Shown: positions 36,356-46,669 of the stretch, piece after piece | Layout of the letters: every line of letters begins with the position of its first letter | Position numbering within the stretch: the first letter of the stretch is position 1 | Assembly (NCBI GenBank): GCA_964629685.1 | Contig: CAZVTT010000001.1 | Location: 705,319-769,318, forward strand | Length of the DNA: 64,000 bases | Direction: 5' to 3' | From: an uncultured Gammaproteobacteria bacterium | Lineage (GTDB): Bacteria; Patescibacteriota; Microgenomatia; UBA10105; UBA927 | Position numbers and translations under genes: made by a program | The notes under the pieces: generated by a model | Told to the model about the DNA's origin: nothing | Databases searched by the model: none | Seen by the model: the letters and a program-made list of their open reading frames with translations, nothing else

Positions 36356-37096
36356 ATGAAAGGTGTAATTCTCGCCGGAGGACTTGCCACCAGACTTCGC
36401 CCATTAACGCTTGTAACCAACAAGCATTTACTTCCCGTGTATAACAAGCCCATGATTTATTACCCGTTGGAAGCCATGCAAAAGGCAGGGATTAAAGAAG
36501 TATTGTTAACGACGTCCGGTGACCATGTGGGTCACTTTGCCAATTTGCTCAAATCCGGAGATGATTTTGGTTTGCGGTTGTATTATGCGATTCAACAGAA
36601 CCCCAAAGGTGGTATAGCCGATGCGGTAGCGCTGGCGGAAGAATTCGCTCATGACGAACCGGTGCTCGTGTTATTAGGTGACAATATTTTTAACTTTAAT
36701 CTGGAAGCAGCCATAGCGGGATTCGAGAAGAACGGCGGTAAAGGCGCGATGGTGTTCGGTGTGCATAAAGATACGGAATCGCGGCAGTATGGCGTTATAG
36801 AAGTAGACGGATCGGGTAAAGTGCTGTCTATTGAAGAGAAACCGGAACATCCCAAGTCCGATATTGCCCAAACCGGAATTTATGTTTACGACAGTCGCGT
36901 GTTTGAACTTATTAAACAACTTGAACCTTCTAAACGCGGTGAGTTGGAAGTAACGGATTTAAATAATTTTTATCTGAAAGACAACAGTTTAACCTGTGAC
37001 ATTATTGATTGGTGGGTGGATGCAGGAACTTCCCATGAAGAATTACTGAGGGCCAGTAATGAAGTTGCCGAAATGGTCCAGAATGGGAAACTATGA
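36356..37096 (+). CDS. rmlA: Glucose-1-phosphate thymidylyltransferase-like sugar nucleotidyltransferase (short RmlA type)
   Basis: MKGVILAGGLATRLRPLTLVTNKHLLPVYNKPMIYYPLEAM closely follows the RmlA N-terminal consensus. A strong RBS (GAAGGAGGAG) lies 6 nt upstream. Confidence 0.65.
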   Translation: MKGVILAGGLATRLRPLTLVTNKHLLPVYNKPMIYYPLEAMQKAGIKEVLLTTSGDHVGHFANLLKSGDDFGLRLYYAIQQNPKGGIADAVALAEEFAHDEPVLVLLGDNIFNFNLEAAIAGFEKNGGKGAMVFGVHKDTESRQYGVIEVDGSGKVLSIEEKPEHPKSDIAQTGIYVYDSRVFELIKQLEPSKRGELEVTDLNNFYLKDNSLTCDIIDWWVDAGTSHEELLRASNEVAEMVQNGKL

Positions 37097-37566
37097 TTAC
37101 CGGAGTGGTAGTAAAAAAATTAGTCCGTCACCCTGACGAACGTGGCTATTTTGAAGAAATGATCAGAAATACCGACCCTTTTTTCCGTGAAGGATTCGGA
37201 CAGGTATCACATTCGCATATGGTAGACGGGGTCGTAAAGGCTTGGCATATCCATAAAACGCAAATAGATTGGTGGTATGTCGTAGCCGGTACAATCAAGG
37301 CGGTAGTATACGATGCCCGCAAAGACTCTGATACGTATAAACGAACGCAGGAATTCGTCATGGGTGAGAATGGGGAGGCGATAGTACTAAAAATTCCACC
37401 GGGCGTGGCACACGGATTAAAAGTAGTGGCGGGACCAGCCGATTTGGTATATGTCACCAGTTCTATTTATACTCCCGACGAAGAAGGCCGAATCCCTTAC
37501 GATGATAAGGAAATCGGATATGATTGGGTACAGGGTAAGCCGATAAGTAATAAAAAAATTACCTAG
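37093..37566 (+). CDS. rmlC: dTDP-4-dehydrorhamnose 3,5-epimerase (cupin)
   Basis: HPDERGYFEE...AWHIHKTQIDWWYVVAGTIKAVVYDARKDSDTY...IPPGVAHGL. The start ATGA-overlaps the rmlA stop. Confidence 0.65.
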   Translation: MITGVVVKKLVRHPDERGYFEEMIRNTDPFFREGFGQVSHSHMVDGVVKAWHIHKTQIDWWYVVAGTIKAVVYDARKDSDTYKRTQEFVMGENGEAIVLKIPPGVAHGLKVVAGPADLVYVTSSIYTPDEEGRIPYDDKEIGYDWVQGKPISNKKIT

Positions 37567-37581
37567 CAAACCGGTGAATTC

Positions 37582-38793
37582 ATGCCAAAACCTCATAAGC
37601 AGTCAACTTCGGCTGACGAAGTAAAATTCCCTCTGAAAAAAGTACTGGTGTTACTGTCTATCTGGAAAGTAGCATTACTCTGTTTTGCATGGTTGGGAAC
37701 GAAAGTCCTGACGTTGCAAACAATGTTTTTACCAGTACCGGATTTGCGCAGCGGTGTACCGTTTGGTCAATGGGTATGGGCAAATATGGACGGTGACCAC
37801 TACACCCGTATTGCCCGATGGGGGTACGCGGGAGGCCAACATATTTTTTTTCCGCTACTGCCGATTGCTATTCAATTTACCCATACTATTACCGGACTGC
37901 CGTATATTTCCAGTGGGCTGCTGGCGACACACGTTTTATTCCTTACCGCACTTTGGTTTGTCTATAAATTGTTAAAAGTTGAAGGTCAGCGGGCGCTGTT
38001 TCCCGTATTGTTACTTATAATTCTTTGCTTTCCGACATCCGGTTTTTACACAGCCATATATACGGATTCTATTTTCTTCCTGATGGCGACCATGACGATT
38101 TATTTCGGGCGAACCAGGCAATTTTGGCTGGCAGGATTAACCGGCTTTTTGGCGGGAATGACCAGATTAAACGGACTGGCACTCATCGGATACATCGGTA
38201 TTGAATATCTTTTCGGAGAAGTAGATGTATTTACTGTCGGATTCAAACACGTCATTGCAGCGATAAAAAGACAGTTACATCCGAAAACTTTGATGACAAG
38301 TGGCGCACTATTGGCAATCGGACCGGCTTTCGGACTCTTTATGTATTTATGGTATACCCAACAACAATACGGGGATTGGTATCTGGTATTTTCGGATGCG
38401 TCTATTTGGGGCAGGCAGCATATGGTATTTCCGCTGCAGACGTTCTGGCGCTATATCAAAATACTTTTTCTTTCTGATCACACTACATTTGTGTACTGGG
38501 TGGCCATATACGAACTTCTTTCAACGGTGTTTTATTTTGCTATTCTTGGGTGGTCGTGGAAAAAAATCAGAATTTCCTATTGGTGTTATACCTTATTTTA
38601 TTTACTGATCCCGTTAAGTACAGGCACTCTTCAAGGTATGAACAGATACGGATTGCATTTATTTCCGTTTTTTTTCGGATTGGCTTTGCTTTTTAAACGG
38701 TATCCCCGTTGGCTTTGGGTATATTGTGGCATCGGAATATTGCTACTCGCATTAACCGTGATGGCGTATACCCGTGGCTATTTTATTGCGTAA
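37582..38793 (+). CDS. Polytopic membrane protein; a putative GT-C mannosyltransferase-like enzyme
   Basis: 403 aa with about 10 TM segments. The loop WANMDGDHYTRIARWGYAGGQHIFFPLLP carries a D..Y motif. It is embedded within the rml genes. Confidence 0.35.
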   Translation: MPKPHKQSTSADEVKFPLKKVLVLLSIWKVALLCFAWLGTKVLTLQTMFLPVPDLRSGVPFGQWVWANMDGDHYTRIARWGYAGGQHIFFPLLPIAIQFTHTITGLPYISSGLLATHVLFLTALWFVYKLLKVEGQRALFPVLLLIILCFPTSGFYTAIYTDSIFFLMATMTIYFGRTRQFWLAGLTGFLAGMTRLNGLALIGYIGIEYLFGEVDVFTVGFKHVIAAIKRQLHPKTLMTSGALLAIGPAFGLFMYLWYTQQQYGDWYLVFSDASIWGRQHMVFPLQTFWRYIKILFLSDHTTFVYWVAIYELLSTVFYFAILGWSWKKIRISYWCYTLFYLLIPLSTGTLQGMNRYGLHLFPFFFGLALLFKRYPRWLWVYCGIGILLLALTVMAYTRGYFIA

Positions 38794-38822
38794 GACTGCG
38801 TGTTCCTGTTACTATACTGACT

Positions 38823-39839
38823 ATGAAACTACTCGTAACCGGCGGTGCCGGATTTATCGGTTCTAACTTTATTCTGTATTGGTTGGAACAGCATCCGGAA
38901 GATAGTATCGTTAATTTTGACGCGCTGACGTATGCCGGCAATCTGGAAAATCTCGTTTCGGTTAAAGACAATCCGCATTATACTTTTATAAAAGGTGACA
39001 TTTGCGACCGAGAGGCTGTACTGCAGGTCATGCAGGGAATTGATTGCGTGGTACATTTTGCAGCGGAAAGTCATGTGGACCGTTCAATTCTTGATCCGTC
39101 AGCGTTTGTCAGGACGAACGTGTTGGGTACGGACGTACTATTATCCGTAAGTAAAGAAATAGGGGTAAAACGTTTCCATCATGTGTCTACGGATGAAGTA
39201 TTCGGTGCACTGCCTTTGGGTACCACCGATAAATTTTCAGAAACTACCGCATATAATCCCCACAGTCCGTATTCCGCCAGTAAAGCCGGTTCGGACCATT
39301 TAGTACGGGCATATGCAGATACATACGGATTGCCGGTTACGATTACGAATTGTTCGAATAACTTCGGACCCTACCAATTCCCGGAAAAATTGATTCCCCT
39401 TGCCATTACCAATCTGTTGGAAGGGAAAAAAGTACCGGTATACGGAGATGGATTATATGTACGTGATTGGTTGTTTGTGGAAGACCATTGCCGCGGTATA
39501 GCAGCAGTGCTGGAAAAAGGTAAGTTAGGGGAAACATATTGCCTCGGTGGTATGACCGATGATGTGAGTAATTTGGATTTGATAAAAATGATTTTGGCGT
39601 TTATGGGTAAAAGTGAAGATCAGATTGAATACGTAAAAGACAGACCCGGACACGATCGGCGGTATGCCATAGACTGGTCAAAAAGTAAAAATGAATTAGG
39701 TTGGGAACCTCAGCATGACGTAAAAACCTGGATGGAAAAAACTGTGACTTGGTACCAACAACATCGTGATTGGTGGCAGAACGTTAAAACAGGTGCGTAT
39801 CAAACCTACTATAAACAACAATACGGAGGAAAAGTATGA
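38823..39839 (+). CDS. rmlB: dTDP-glucose 4,6-dehydratase
   Basis: MKLLVTGGAGFIGSNFILYWLEQHPEDSIVNFDALTYAGNLENL...YSASKAGSDHLVRAY carries the SDR YxxxK motif. The start was set at the ATG at 38823; the track ORF extends 5' across the upstream gene. Confidence 0.75.
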   Translation: MKLLVTGGAGFIGSNFILYWLEQHPEDSIVNFDALTYAGNLENLVSVKDNPHYTFIKGDICDREAVLQVMQGIDCVVHFAAESHVDRSILDPSAFVRTNVLGTDVLLSVSKEIGVKRFHHVSTDEVFGALPLGTTDKFSETTAYNPHSPYSASKAGSDHLVRAYADTYGLPVTITNCSNNFGPYQFPEKLIPLAITNLLEGKKVPVYGDGLYVRDWLFVEDHCRGIAAVLEKGKLGETYCLGGMTDDVSNLDLIKMILAFMGKSEDQIEYVKDRPGHDRRYAIDWSKSKNELGWEPQHDVKTWMEKTVTWYQQHRDWWQNVKTGAYQTYYKQQYGGKV

Positions 39840-40693
39840 AAATTCTGGGTACGGGACTATCGGGATTAGTCGGCGGACGTATAGTGGAGGTATTGCAGGA
39901 TCGTTATGAATTTGAAAACTTAAGTCTGGAAACGGGTGTGGATATTACTAAACCCGGGGTTGTGGATGAGTATGTTTCCAAATCGGAAGCTCCCTGGGTC
40001 TGGCATTTCGCAGCCAGAACGGATGTAGATGGAATAGAGGCCGAAAAAGTCCAGGGTGAACATAGCTTAACCTGGACGGTAAACGTAAAAGCGACGGAGC
40101 ATATAGTGGAGGCGTGTAAAAAATACGGGAAACGATTGCTCTATTTGTCGACCGACTTCGTTTTTGACGGCACCCATCCCACGTATACTGAAGACGATAA
40201 ACCAAATCCGCAAAGTTGGTACGCCCAAACGAAATATGAAGGTGAGCAGCGTGTACTGAGTTTGGGTGACCACGGACTGGTCGTTCGTATCGCCAACCCG
40301 TATCGTACTCCTTGGAGCGGGAAACCGGATTTTATTCAGCGGATAGTGGCCAGACTGGAAGCGAAACAACCGGTAAACGTTCCGGCCGGTCAATTGTTTA
40401 TTCCCACGTTTATAGATGATATTGCTATGGCCATAGATGCACTTATGACCCATACCGGAAACGGTATTTATCATGCAGTCGGCAGCGAAGCGTTAACGCC
40501 TTTGGCTGTTGTAGAGGCCTTAACCGTTGCCTATAAGATTACTCAGGCGGATATTAGTCAGGTGCCGTTTACCCAATATTTTGCCGGGCGTGCACCCAGA
40601 CCTTTCCAGGCAGTGCTGAGTAATGCTAAAATAACCAAATTAGGTCTTCACATGTCGACCTTCAGTGAAGGTCTGCGGAAGATACGTGTATAA
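39836..40693 (+). CDS. rmlD: dTDP-4-dehydrorhamnose reductase
   Basis: MKILGTGLSGLVGGRIVEVL...YAQTKYEGEQ...LYLSTDFVFDG. The start ATGA-overlaps the rmlB stop. Confidence 0.65.
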   Translation: MKILGTGLSGLVGGRIVEVLQDRYEFENLSLETGVDITKPGVVDEYVSKSEAPWVWHFAARTDVDGIEAEKVQGEHSLTWTVNVKATEHIVEACKKYGKRLLYLSTDFVFDGTHPTYTEDDKPNPQSWYAQTKYEGEQRVLSLGDHGLVVRIANPYRTPWSGKPDFIQRIVARLEAKQPVNVPAGQLFIPTFIDDIAMAIDALMTHTGNGIYHAVGSEALTPLAVVEALTVAYKITQADISQVPFTQYFAGRAPRPFQAVLSNAKITKLGLHMSTFSEGLRKIRV

Positions 40694-40726
40694 TCAATCA
40701 CGCCCGTTAAAGGAGGAAAGTATTGT

Positions 40727-42025
40727 ATGACTATTACGTTTATCGGTCACGGCTATGTAGGTCTAGTGACTGCTGCAGTTTTTGCTGATCTGGGAAATAC
40801 CGTTTGGGTAGTTGGCCGCACAAAAGAGAAAATAGAAAAACTGAAAAAGGGTATTGCCCCTTTTTATGAACCGGGATTGGCCGAGCTCGTGAAGCGGAAT
40901 GTTGACGCCAAACGATTAATCTTTACCCTGGATTATAAAGAAGCTGTCGTTCCCTCTTCCATTATTTTTATTGCCGTCGGAACTCCGCCGAAAGCCACCG
41001 GTGAAGCTGATCTTTCCAGTGTGTTTAGTGCGGCGGAGGATATCGGAAAGTCACTGGTCGGATATAAGGTTGTCGTTACCAAAAGTACCGTTCCTCCGGG
41101 TACCAACCGGAAAGTCGGAGATATATTGCAGAAAGTTAAACCGGAAGGTGCAACATTTGCTATTGCTTCGTGTCCGGAGTTTTTACGCGAGGGTACAGCT
41201 ATAGCCGATACCATGCATCCCGACCGGGTAGTAATCGGAACAACGTCAGACAGGGCCAAACAGCTGTTATTGGATTTACACAAATCCATAGACGGTAAAA
41301 CGGTTTTGTGTAATGTAGAAACGGCAGAGTTAATAAAATATGCCTCAAACTCGTTGTTGTCCACCAAAATTTCGTTTGCCAATGCTATTGCGTTTTTGGC
41401 CGAAAAAGTAGGTGCAGATGCTGAGCGGGTATTGGAGGGTGTGGGTCTGGATCGTCGCTTAGGGCGGAGCTTCCTCTATCCTGGAGTTGGATACGGCGGC
41501 AGCTGTTTCCCGAAAGACGTAAAAGCGCTCATTGCCTTGGCAACACAATATGATTATGACTTTAAACTGCTTAAGTCCGTGGATGAGATAAATAAAGAAG
41601 CAGTCCGTCATTTTATAGATAAAATAATCCGTCAGTATGGTGCGGGTATAAAAAAATCGACGTTTGCCATTCTGGGATTATCATTTAAACCCGATACCGA
41701 CGATATGCGCGAAGCACCGTCTATCGTGGTCATAAATGAATTGCTGAAGAAGGGTGCAAAAGTGGTGGTATATGATCCTATTGCCATGGAAAACGCAAAA
41801 ACGGTACTTCCTAAAGGTATCACCTACGCCAAAGATGCATATAGCGCTGCTAAAGGTGCAGACGGCGTAGTGGTTCTGACCGAATGGAACGAATTCCGGC
41901 AATTGGATTTGGTGAAACTAGCAAAAGGTCTGAATTCCTTAGTCTTATTTGACGGAAGAAACATATATGAGCCGGAAACCGTAAAGAAGCTTGGGTATAC
42001 ATATTTCGGTGTCGGCAGAATGTAA
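40727..42025 (+). CDS. ugd: UDP-glucose 6-dehydrogenase
   Basis: MTITFIGHGYVGLVTAAVFADLGNTVWVV...GGSCFPKDVKAL carries the catalytic Cys motif. The RBS is AAAGGAGGAAAG. Confidence 0.75.
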   Translation: MTITFIGHGYVGLVTAAVFADLGNTVWVVGRTKEKIEKLKKGIAPFYEPGLAELVKRNVDAKRLIFTLDYKEAVVPSSIIFIAVGTPPKATGEADLSSVFSAAEDIGKSLVGYKVVVTKSTVPPGTNRKVGDILQKVKPEGATFAIASCPEFLREGTAIADTMHPDRVVIGTTSDRAKQLLLDLHKSIDGKTVLCNVETAELIKYASNSLLSTKISFANAIAFLAEKVGADAERVLEGVGLDRRLGRSFLYPGVGYGGSCFPKDVKALIALATQYDYDFKLLKSVDEINKEAVRHFIDKIIRQYGAGIKKSTFAILGLSFKPDTDDMREAPSIVVINELLKKGAKVVVYDPIAMENAKTVLPKGITYAKDAYSAAKGADGVVVLTEWNEFRQLDLVKLAKGLNSLVLFDGRNIYEPETVKKLGYTYFGVGRM

Positions 42026-42066
42026 AGATTGGTATAAGATGGTATTAACAAACCCGTTAAGAAGCG

Positions 42067-42096
42067 GTTTGCGAAACTGGTGTTTGCAAACGTTTC
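42067..42096 (+). promoter_or_regulatory. Palindromic repeat / hairpin between ugd and the Gmd-like gene (GTTTGCGAAAC ... GTTTGCAAAC-GTTTC)
   Basis: GTTTGC (42067-72) can pair with GCAAAC (42086-91). A GUUUCU run follows. Its function is unclear; it may be an attenuator or an operator. Confidence 0.2.
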
Positions 42097-42109
42097 TGGA
42101 AAGGTATTT

Positions 42110-43066
42110 ATGGCAAAACGAGCCTTAATTACAGGAATTGCAGGATTTGTAGGGAGCCACTTGGCTGAATTGCTTATCCAGGAAGGATATGAAATTCATG
42201 GGCTGTGCCGTCCCCGCAGCAAAATGGATCATATAGAGTCCATTAGCGGTAAATTGCATCTGGAAGATGCTGATTTATTGGATTCACATAGTCTGTATAC
42301 GACCCTTTCACGGATAAAACCGGATTATATTTTCCATTTGGCTGCACAGTCATTCGTTCCCACATCATGGGTGTCACCATCCGTTACTTTGGAAGTGAAC
42401 ATTGTCGGTTCGGCAAATTTATTTGAAGCCGTTCGTCAGGCGGACATTGACCCGGTTATTCAGATTGCCTGTTCCTCAGAAGAGTACGGTTTGGTACACG
42501 AAGACGAAGTGCCGATTACGGAAAATAATCCGTTGCGGCCGTTGAGTCCATATGCAGTTTCCAAAGTGGCGATGGATTATTTGGGATACCAATATTATCA
42601 ATCGTACAAAGTAAAAATAGTACGCACCCGCGGATTTAATCATACCGGTCCACGAAGGGGCGAAACGTTTGCGGAATCAAATTTTGCCAAACAAATCGCC
42701 ATGATAGAAAAAGGTAAACAGGATCCGGTAATTCATGTGGGGAATTTGGATGCTAAGCGGGATTATACGGATGTACGCGATATGGTTCGTGCCTATCTTT
42801 TAGCCGTGCAGAAATGCGATCCGGGTGATGTGTACAACATCTGTACGGGGAAGGCTATCCGCATCGGTGACATGTTGGACATGTTGCTTTCTTACAGCAA
42901 AATAAAGGTAGACGTAAAACCGGATCCCTCCAGAATGCGGCCGTCAGATGTGCCGGTTTTGATTGGTGATAATTCAAAATTTGTCGCCAAGACAGGTTGG
43001 AAAGACACAGTGCCATTTGAGAAAACCATGGAAGATCTCCTGAATTATTGGCGGGAACGGGTTTAA
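42110..43066 (+). CDS. NAD-dependent sugar-nucleotide dehydratase/reductase, GDP-mannose 4,6-dehydratase (Gmd/Rmd)-like
   Basis: KRALITGIAGFVGSHLAELLIQEGYEIHGLCRPRSKMDHIESI...YAVSKVAMDYL. The start was set at the ATG at 42110, downstream of a GGAAAGG element. Confidence 0.55.
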   Translation: MAKRALITGIAGFVGSHLAELLIQEGYEIHGLCRPRSKMDHIESISGKLHLEDADLLDSHSLYTTLSRIKPDYIFHLAAQSFVPTSWVSPSVTLEVNIVGSANLFEAVRQADIDPVIQIACSSEEYGLVHEDEVPITENNPLRPLSPYAVSKVAMDYLGYQYYQSYKVKIVRTRGFNHTGPRRGETFAESNFAKQIAMIEKGKQDPVIHVGNLDAKRDYTDVRDMVRAYLLAVQKCDPGDVYNICTGKAIRIGDMLDMLLSYSKIKVDVKPDPSRMRPSDVPVLIGDNSKFVAKTGWKDTVPFEKTMEDLLNYWRERV

Positions 43067-43075
43067 CGCAGATAT

Positions 43076-44185
43076 ATGCACGTAGTTGTAATTCTACCCA
43101 CGTTCAACGAGCGTGAGAATATTGAGCTAATGCTCAACACGCTGATGGATGTGACTAAGGGTATACATGGTCATACCTTCTCGGTGTTGGTGGTGGACGA
43201 TAATTCCCCCGACGGAACCCAGGATGTAGTAAAGTCGTACCAAAAATCTCACAAGCAGGTCCAATTGTTAACCGGTGCTAAAGAGGGTTTGGGCCGGGCG
43301 CTTTTGCGGGGTATGACATATGCGGTAGATGAGATGAAAGCCGATATCCTGCTGCAGTTAGACGCGGATTTATCGCATAATCCTGCCGATATAAAAAAGT
43401 TTATAGCGGCGATAGATACGGGTGCGGATTTTGTGGTCGGCAGCCGCTATATCCCGGGCGGATCTATTCCGGAAAACTGGGGGATAAACAGAAAAATTTA
43501 CAGCATTATCGGTAATTCCATCGTCCGCTTCGGTTTGGGCTATCCATCGGTTCATGATTGGACCGGAGGATTTCGGGCGTTTTCGGCAAAATACTTTCAG
43601 GCCGTGAAACACAAAATGCATTCATATAGCGGGTATGTGTATCAAATTGCATTCTTGCATAAATCCATTCAGGAAGGTGCCCAGGTTACGGAAGTACCGA
43701 TTCACTTTACCGATCGACGTTACGGACATTCAAAAATCGCGCCATCTGAATATATCCGTAAAGTATTTGAATACGTTATCCGTCAGCGGGTAAAGCGGAC
43801 TATACGCGGATCATTTGGAAAATTTTTGGTCGTGGGATCAATCGGTTTCGTAATAAACACTATAATTTTGGAAATTATGGTGCATTCCGGATTCCATCCT
43901 TCGGTAGGAAGTGCCATTGGAGCGGAATTTGCAATTGTTTCTAATTTTTTTCTGAATAATGCCTGGACCTTCCGTCATAAAAAGGCTAATGGTTCGGGAA
44001 CTATGCTGCGAAAATTGTTAAAGTTTAACACGACCTCATTCGGTGCCATATTGCTGCAGGCCGTAACGGTATATATCGGTACGCATTTGATCGGTGTCGA
44101 GTTCTACCGTGTATTTTATTTAATGGGTATCGGTTTCGGTTTGGTTTGGAATTATTGGATGTACTCCCGGGTAATTTGGAAATAA
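43076..44185 (+). CDS. GT2 polyprenol-phosphate sugar synthase (DPM1/GtrB-like) fused to a C-terminal GtrA-like 4-TM domain
   Basis: MHVVVILPTFNERENIELML...VVDDNSPDGTQDVV...QLDADLSHNP. The C-terminal 120 aa or so are hydrophobic and GtrA-like (FLVVGSIGFVINTIILEIM...). Confidence 0.65.
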   Translation: MHVVVILPTFNERENIELMLNTLMDVTKGIHGHTFSVLVVDDNSPDGTQDVVKSYQKSHKQVQLLTGAKEGLGRALLRGMTYAVDEMKADILLQLDADLSHNPADIKKFIAAIDTGADFVVGSRYIPGGSIPENWGINRKIYSIIGNSIVRFGLGYPSVHDWTGGFRAFSAKYFQAVKHKMHSYSGYVYQIAFLHKSIQEGAQVTEVPIHFTDRRYGHSKIAPSEYIRKVFEYVIRQRVKRTIRGSFGKFLVVGSIGFVINTIILEIMVHSGFHPSVGSAIGAEFAIVSNFFLNNAWTFRHKKANGSGTMLRKLLKFNTTSFGAILLQAVTVYIGTHLIGVEFYRVFYLMGIGFGLVWNYWMYSRVIWK

Positions 44186-44237
44186 TATAGTAGTACCCGA
44201 TGCAGCGGCGGGACGATTTACCCGAAAAAGCCGACAT

Positions 44238-45914
44238 ATGCGGAAATATCTTGCGACAGTTAAACATATTCTTGGCGCTACTTCGACACGGACACTTTTT
44301 GTATTACTGCTGATACTGGCCGCAGCCGCTTTCTTACGGTTATATCGTATATCGGAGTATCTGACATTCTTGGGTGATGAGGGTCGCGATGTGCTGGTGG
44401 TAAAGCGCATAATCGTGGACGGAAAATTAACCCTGTTGGGTCCGACAGCGTCCGTGGGCGGATTTTTTTTGGGACCGCTGTATTACTACTTTATGGCGCC
44501 GTTCCTTTGGCTTTGGCGCCTGGATCCTACCGGTCCGGCAGTTATGGTGGCAATGTTCGGAGTCGCGACGGTATGGTTGGTTTATAGAGTGGGAAGGGCA
44601 TGGTTTTCTGAATCAGTTGGTTTATTTGCGGCGGGTCTTTACGCAGTATCACCGCTTACGATAGCCTATTCCCGATCTTCATGGAATCCGAATTTAGTAC
44701 CGTTTTTTTCTTTAGCAACAATGGCCTTGCTGTGGTATATGGCGGTAAAAAGAAACCCACGCTGGTGGTTCGTAATCGGGATGCTATTGGGTATGGGGCT
44801 CCAGTTCCATTATTTATTTTTGTTTTTATTTCCGGTAGTAGGTTTCTGGTTTATCGGACTACTGTTCTTTACCAAAAAATCCACGGACAAAAAAACGTTT
44901 TCCTGGAAAGAACGCATAGTTTCTTTTCTGACAGGAGTTGGCGGATTCCTGGTCGGAAATTCACTTTTTTTATTATTTGAATTGCGTCATGGTTTTCCCA
45001 ATGTCCGATCGATTATACGATTTCTGGGGGAAGGCAAAGATACCGGATTTTCCTGGACAACATTTATTCAGAATTGCTCAGAAGTCACGTTCCGTCTGTT
45101 CGGTAGATTATTGTACCGGTTACCGTCCGGTGAAATGTGGCATTTATACCCGGATTGGCAAACTCAACTTTGGCAACAGGTTACCTGGATTACCGTATTC
45201 GGAACTCTGGCATTGTCTGTATGGCTGGCGCTCGGTTCCGTAACCTGGTGGGGAAAACGGTTAACATTAAATGCCGTACAAATGAGACGTCTGCAACTTG
45301 CAGCACGATTATTACTATTATGGTTCGGCACGGTAATTATTTTATTCGGGTTTTACAAGCGCGGCATTTACGATTATTATTTTGGATTGTTCTTTGCATT
45401 ACCGTTTTTACTTCTGGCGGTAACCGCAGGAGTCCTCTGGCGCTGGCTGTATTCCTGGCGGGTAGGCAGTGCAGTTAAGTTGTATTGGGTAATACCGCTT
45501 GTATGGTTCGGATTACTTTGGTTTAACTGGCAAGGACGGCCTTTTTTGTATCCGCCGAACAATCAACTTGAACAAACTAAACGGATTGCCCGAGCGGCAG
45601 TCGATAAAGCGGAAGGAAAACCGTTTAACTTCGCGCTGATCACTGCGACGAATTCCGACCATGCGTACCGATACTTTTTTGAGATTTGGGGACACAAACC
45701 TGTTACGATTGAAAACACGGATGTTGATCCGGAGCGGAAATCGGTAACCGATCAGTTAATAATTATTTGTGAAGATACCGGTTGTCAGCCTCTTGGACAT
45801 CCGCTATGGGAAGTGGCAGGTTTCGGCCGGGCGGAAAAAGCCGGAGAGTGGGAAGTACCGTACGTTAAAGTATTCCGGATGGTTCATTATGTAGAACCTG
45901 CTAAATCATTATGA
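44238..45914 (+). CDS. Polytopic GT-C membrane glycosyltransferase, ArnT/PMT-like (GT39/83-like)
   Basis: 558 aa. The first loop reads FLGDEGRDVLVVKRIIVDGKLTLLGPTASVGGFFLGPLYYY. About 12 TM segments are present. It sits directly downstream of a GtrB-like GT2. Confidence 0.55.
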   Translation: MRKYLATVKHILGATSTRTLFVLLLILAAAAFLRLYRISEYLTFLGDEGRDVLVVKRIIVDGKLTLLGPTASVGGFFLGPLYYYFMAPFLWLWRLDPTGPAVMVAMFGVATVWLVYRVGRAWFSESVGLFAAGLYAVSPLTIAYSRSSWNPNLVPFFSLATMALLWYMAVKRNPRWWFVIGMLLGMGLQFHYLFLFLFPVVGFWFIGLLFFTKKSTDKKTFSWKERIVSFLTGVGGFLVGNSLFLLFELRHGFPNVRSIIRFLGEGKDTGFSWTTFIQNCSEVTFRLFGRLLYRLPSGEMWHLYPDWQTQLWQQVTWITVFGTLALSVWLALGSVTWWGKRLTLNAVQMRRLQLAARLLLLWFGTVIILFGFYKRGIYDYYFGLFFALPFLLLAVTAGVLWRWLYSWRVGSAVKLYWVIPLVWFGLLWFNWQGRPFLYPPNNQLEQTKRIARAAVDKAEGKPFNFALITATNSDHAYRYFFEIWGHKPVTIENTDVDPERKSVTDQLIIICEDTGCQPLGHPLWEVAGFGRAEKAGEWEVPYVKVFRMVHYVEPAKSL

Positions 45915-46660
45915 AACCCTATTTATCGGTAGTTATACCTGCATATAACGAAGAAAAAAACATCCGGTTAGGTGCCTTGGATAAAGTGTCGCGGTATTTG
46001 GAGCACCAAACGTTTTCGTGGGAAGTATTGATGGTAAATGACGGTTCAAGTGACGATACGAACGCGCTGCTTTCGGCTTTTGCACAAATGAATAAAGGTT
46101 TTTCAGTAATTAACGATCCCCATCGGGGGAAAGCTGCAACCGTAATGAGCGGAATGTTAAAAGCACAGGGCGAAATTGTCTTATTCACGGATTTGGACCA
46201 GGCGACGCCGTTAACGGAAGTGGAAAAATTACTTCCCTGGTTTTCGCAGGGGTATGATGTTGTTATCGGTTCCCGTAGTTCCAGGCGGGCAGGAGCTCCT
46301 TTTCTGCGCAGGTTTATTTCGCGTGGATTTATTTTATTGAGGAGATTAATATTGGGACTCCGGCGGATTTCCGATACGCAGTGTGGGTTTAAAGCGTTCA
46401 GACGAGAGGTGGCTGCCGAAATTTTCCATAAAATAAAGCTATATCGTGATATGCAAACGGTAAGCGGATCTATGGTGACAGCCGGGTTTGATATTGAAGT
46501 TTTATTTTTAGCGAAACAACTGGGATATAAAATAAAGGAAGTTCCGGTTGAATGGCATTATGTAGAAACCAGAAGGGTAAATCCGATAAAAGACTCCATT
46601 CAGGGTTTACTGGATATTATCCGGATCCGGATTAATGCTACCAGAGGACTTTACCGCTAA
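45911..46660 (+). CDS. GT2 polyprenol-phosphate sugar synthase (DPM1-like / dolichyl-phosphate beta-glucosyltransferase-like)
   Basis: LSVVIPAYNEEKNIRLGALDKV...MVNDGSSDDT...FTDLDQATP. The start ATGA-overlaps the upstream stop. Confidence 0.6.
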   Translation: MKPYLSVVIPAYNEEKNIRLGALDKVSRYLEHQTFSWEVLMVNDGSSDDTNALLSAFAQMNKGFSVINDPHRGKAATVMSGMLKAQGEIVLFTDLDQATPLTEVEKLLPWFSQGYDVVIGSRSSRRAGAPFLRRFISRGFILLRRLILGLRRISDTQCGFKAFRREVAAEIFHKIKLYRDMQTVSGSMVTAGFDIEVLFLAKQLGYKIKEVPVEWHYVETRRVNPIKDSIQGLLDIIRIRINATRGLYR

Positions 46661-46669
46661 AAACGATTC

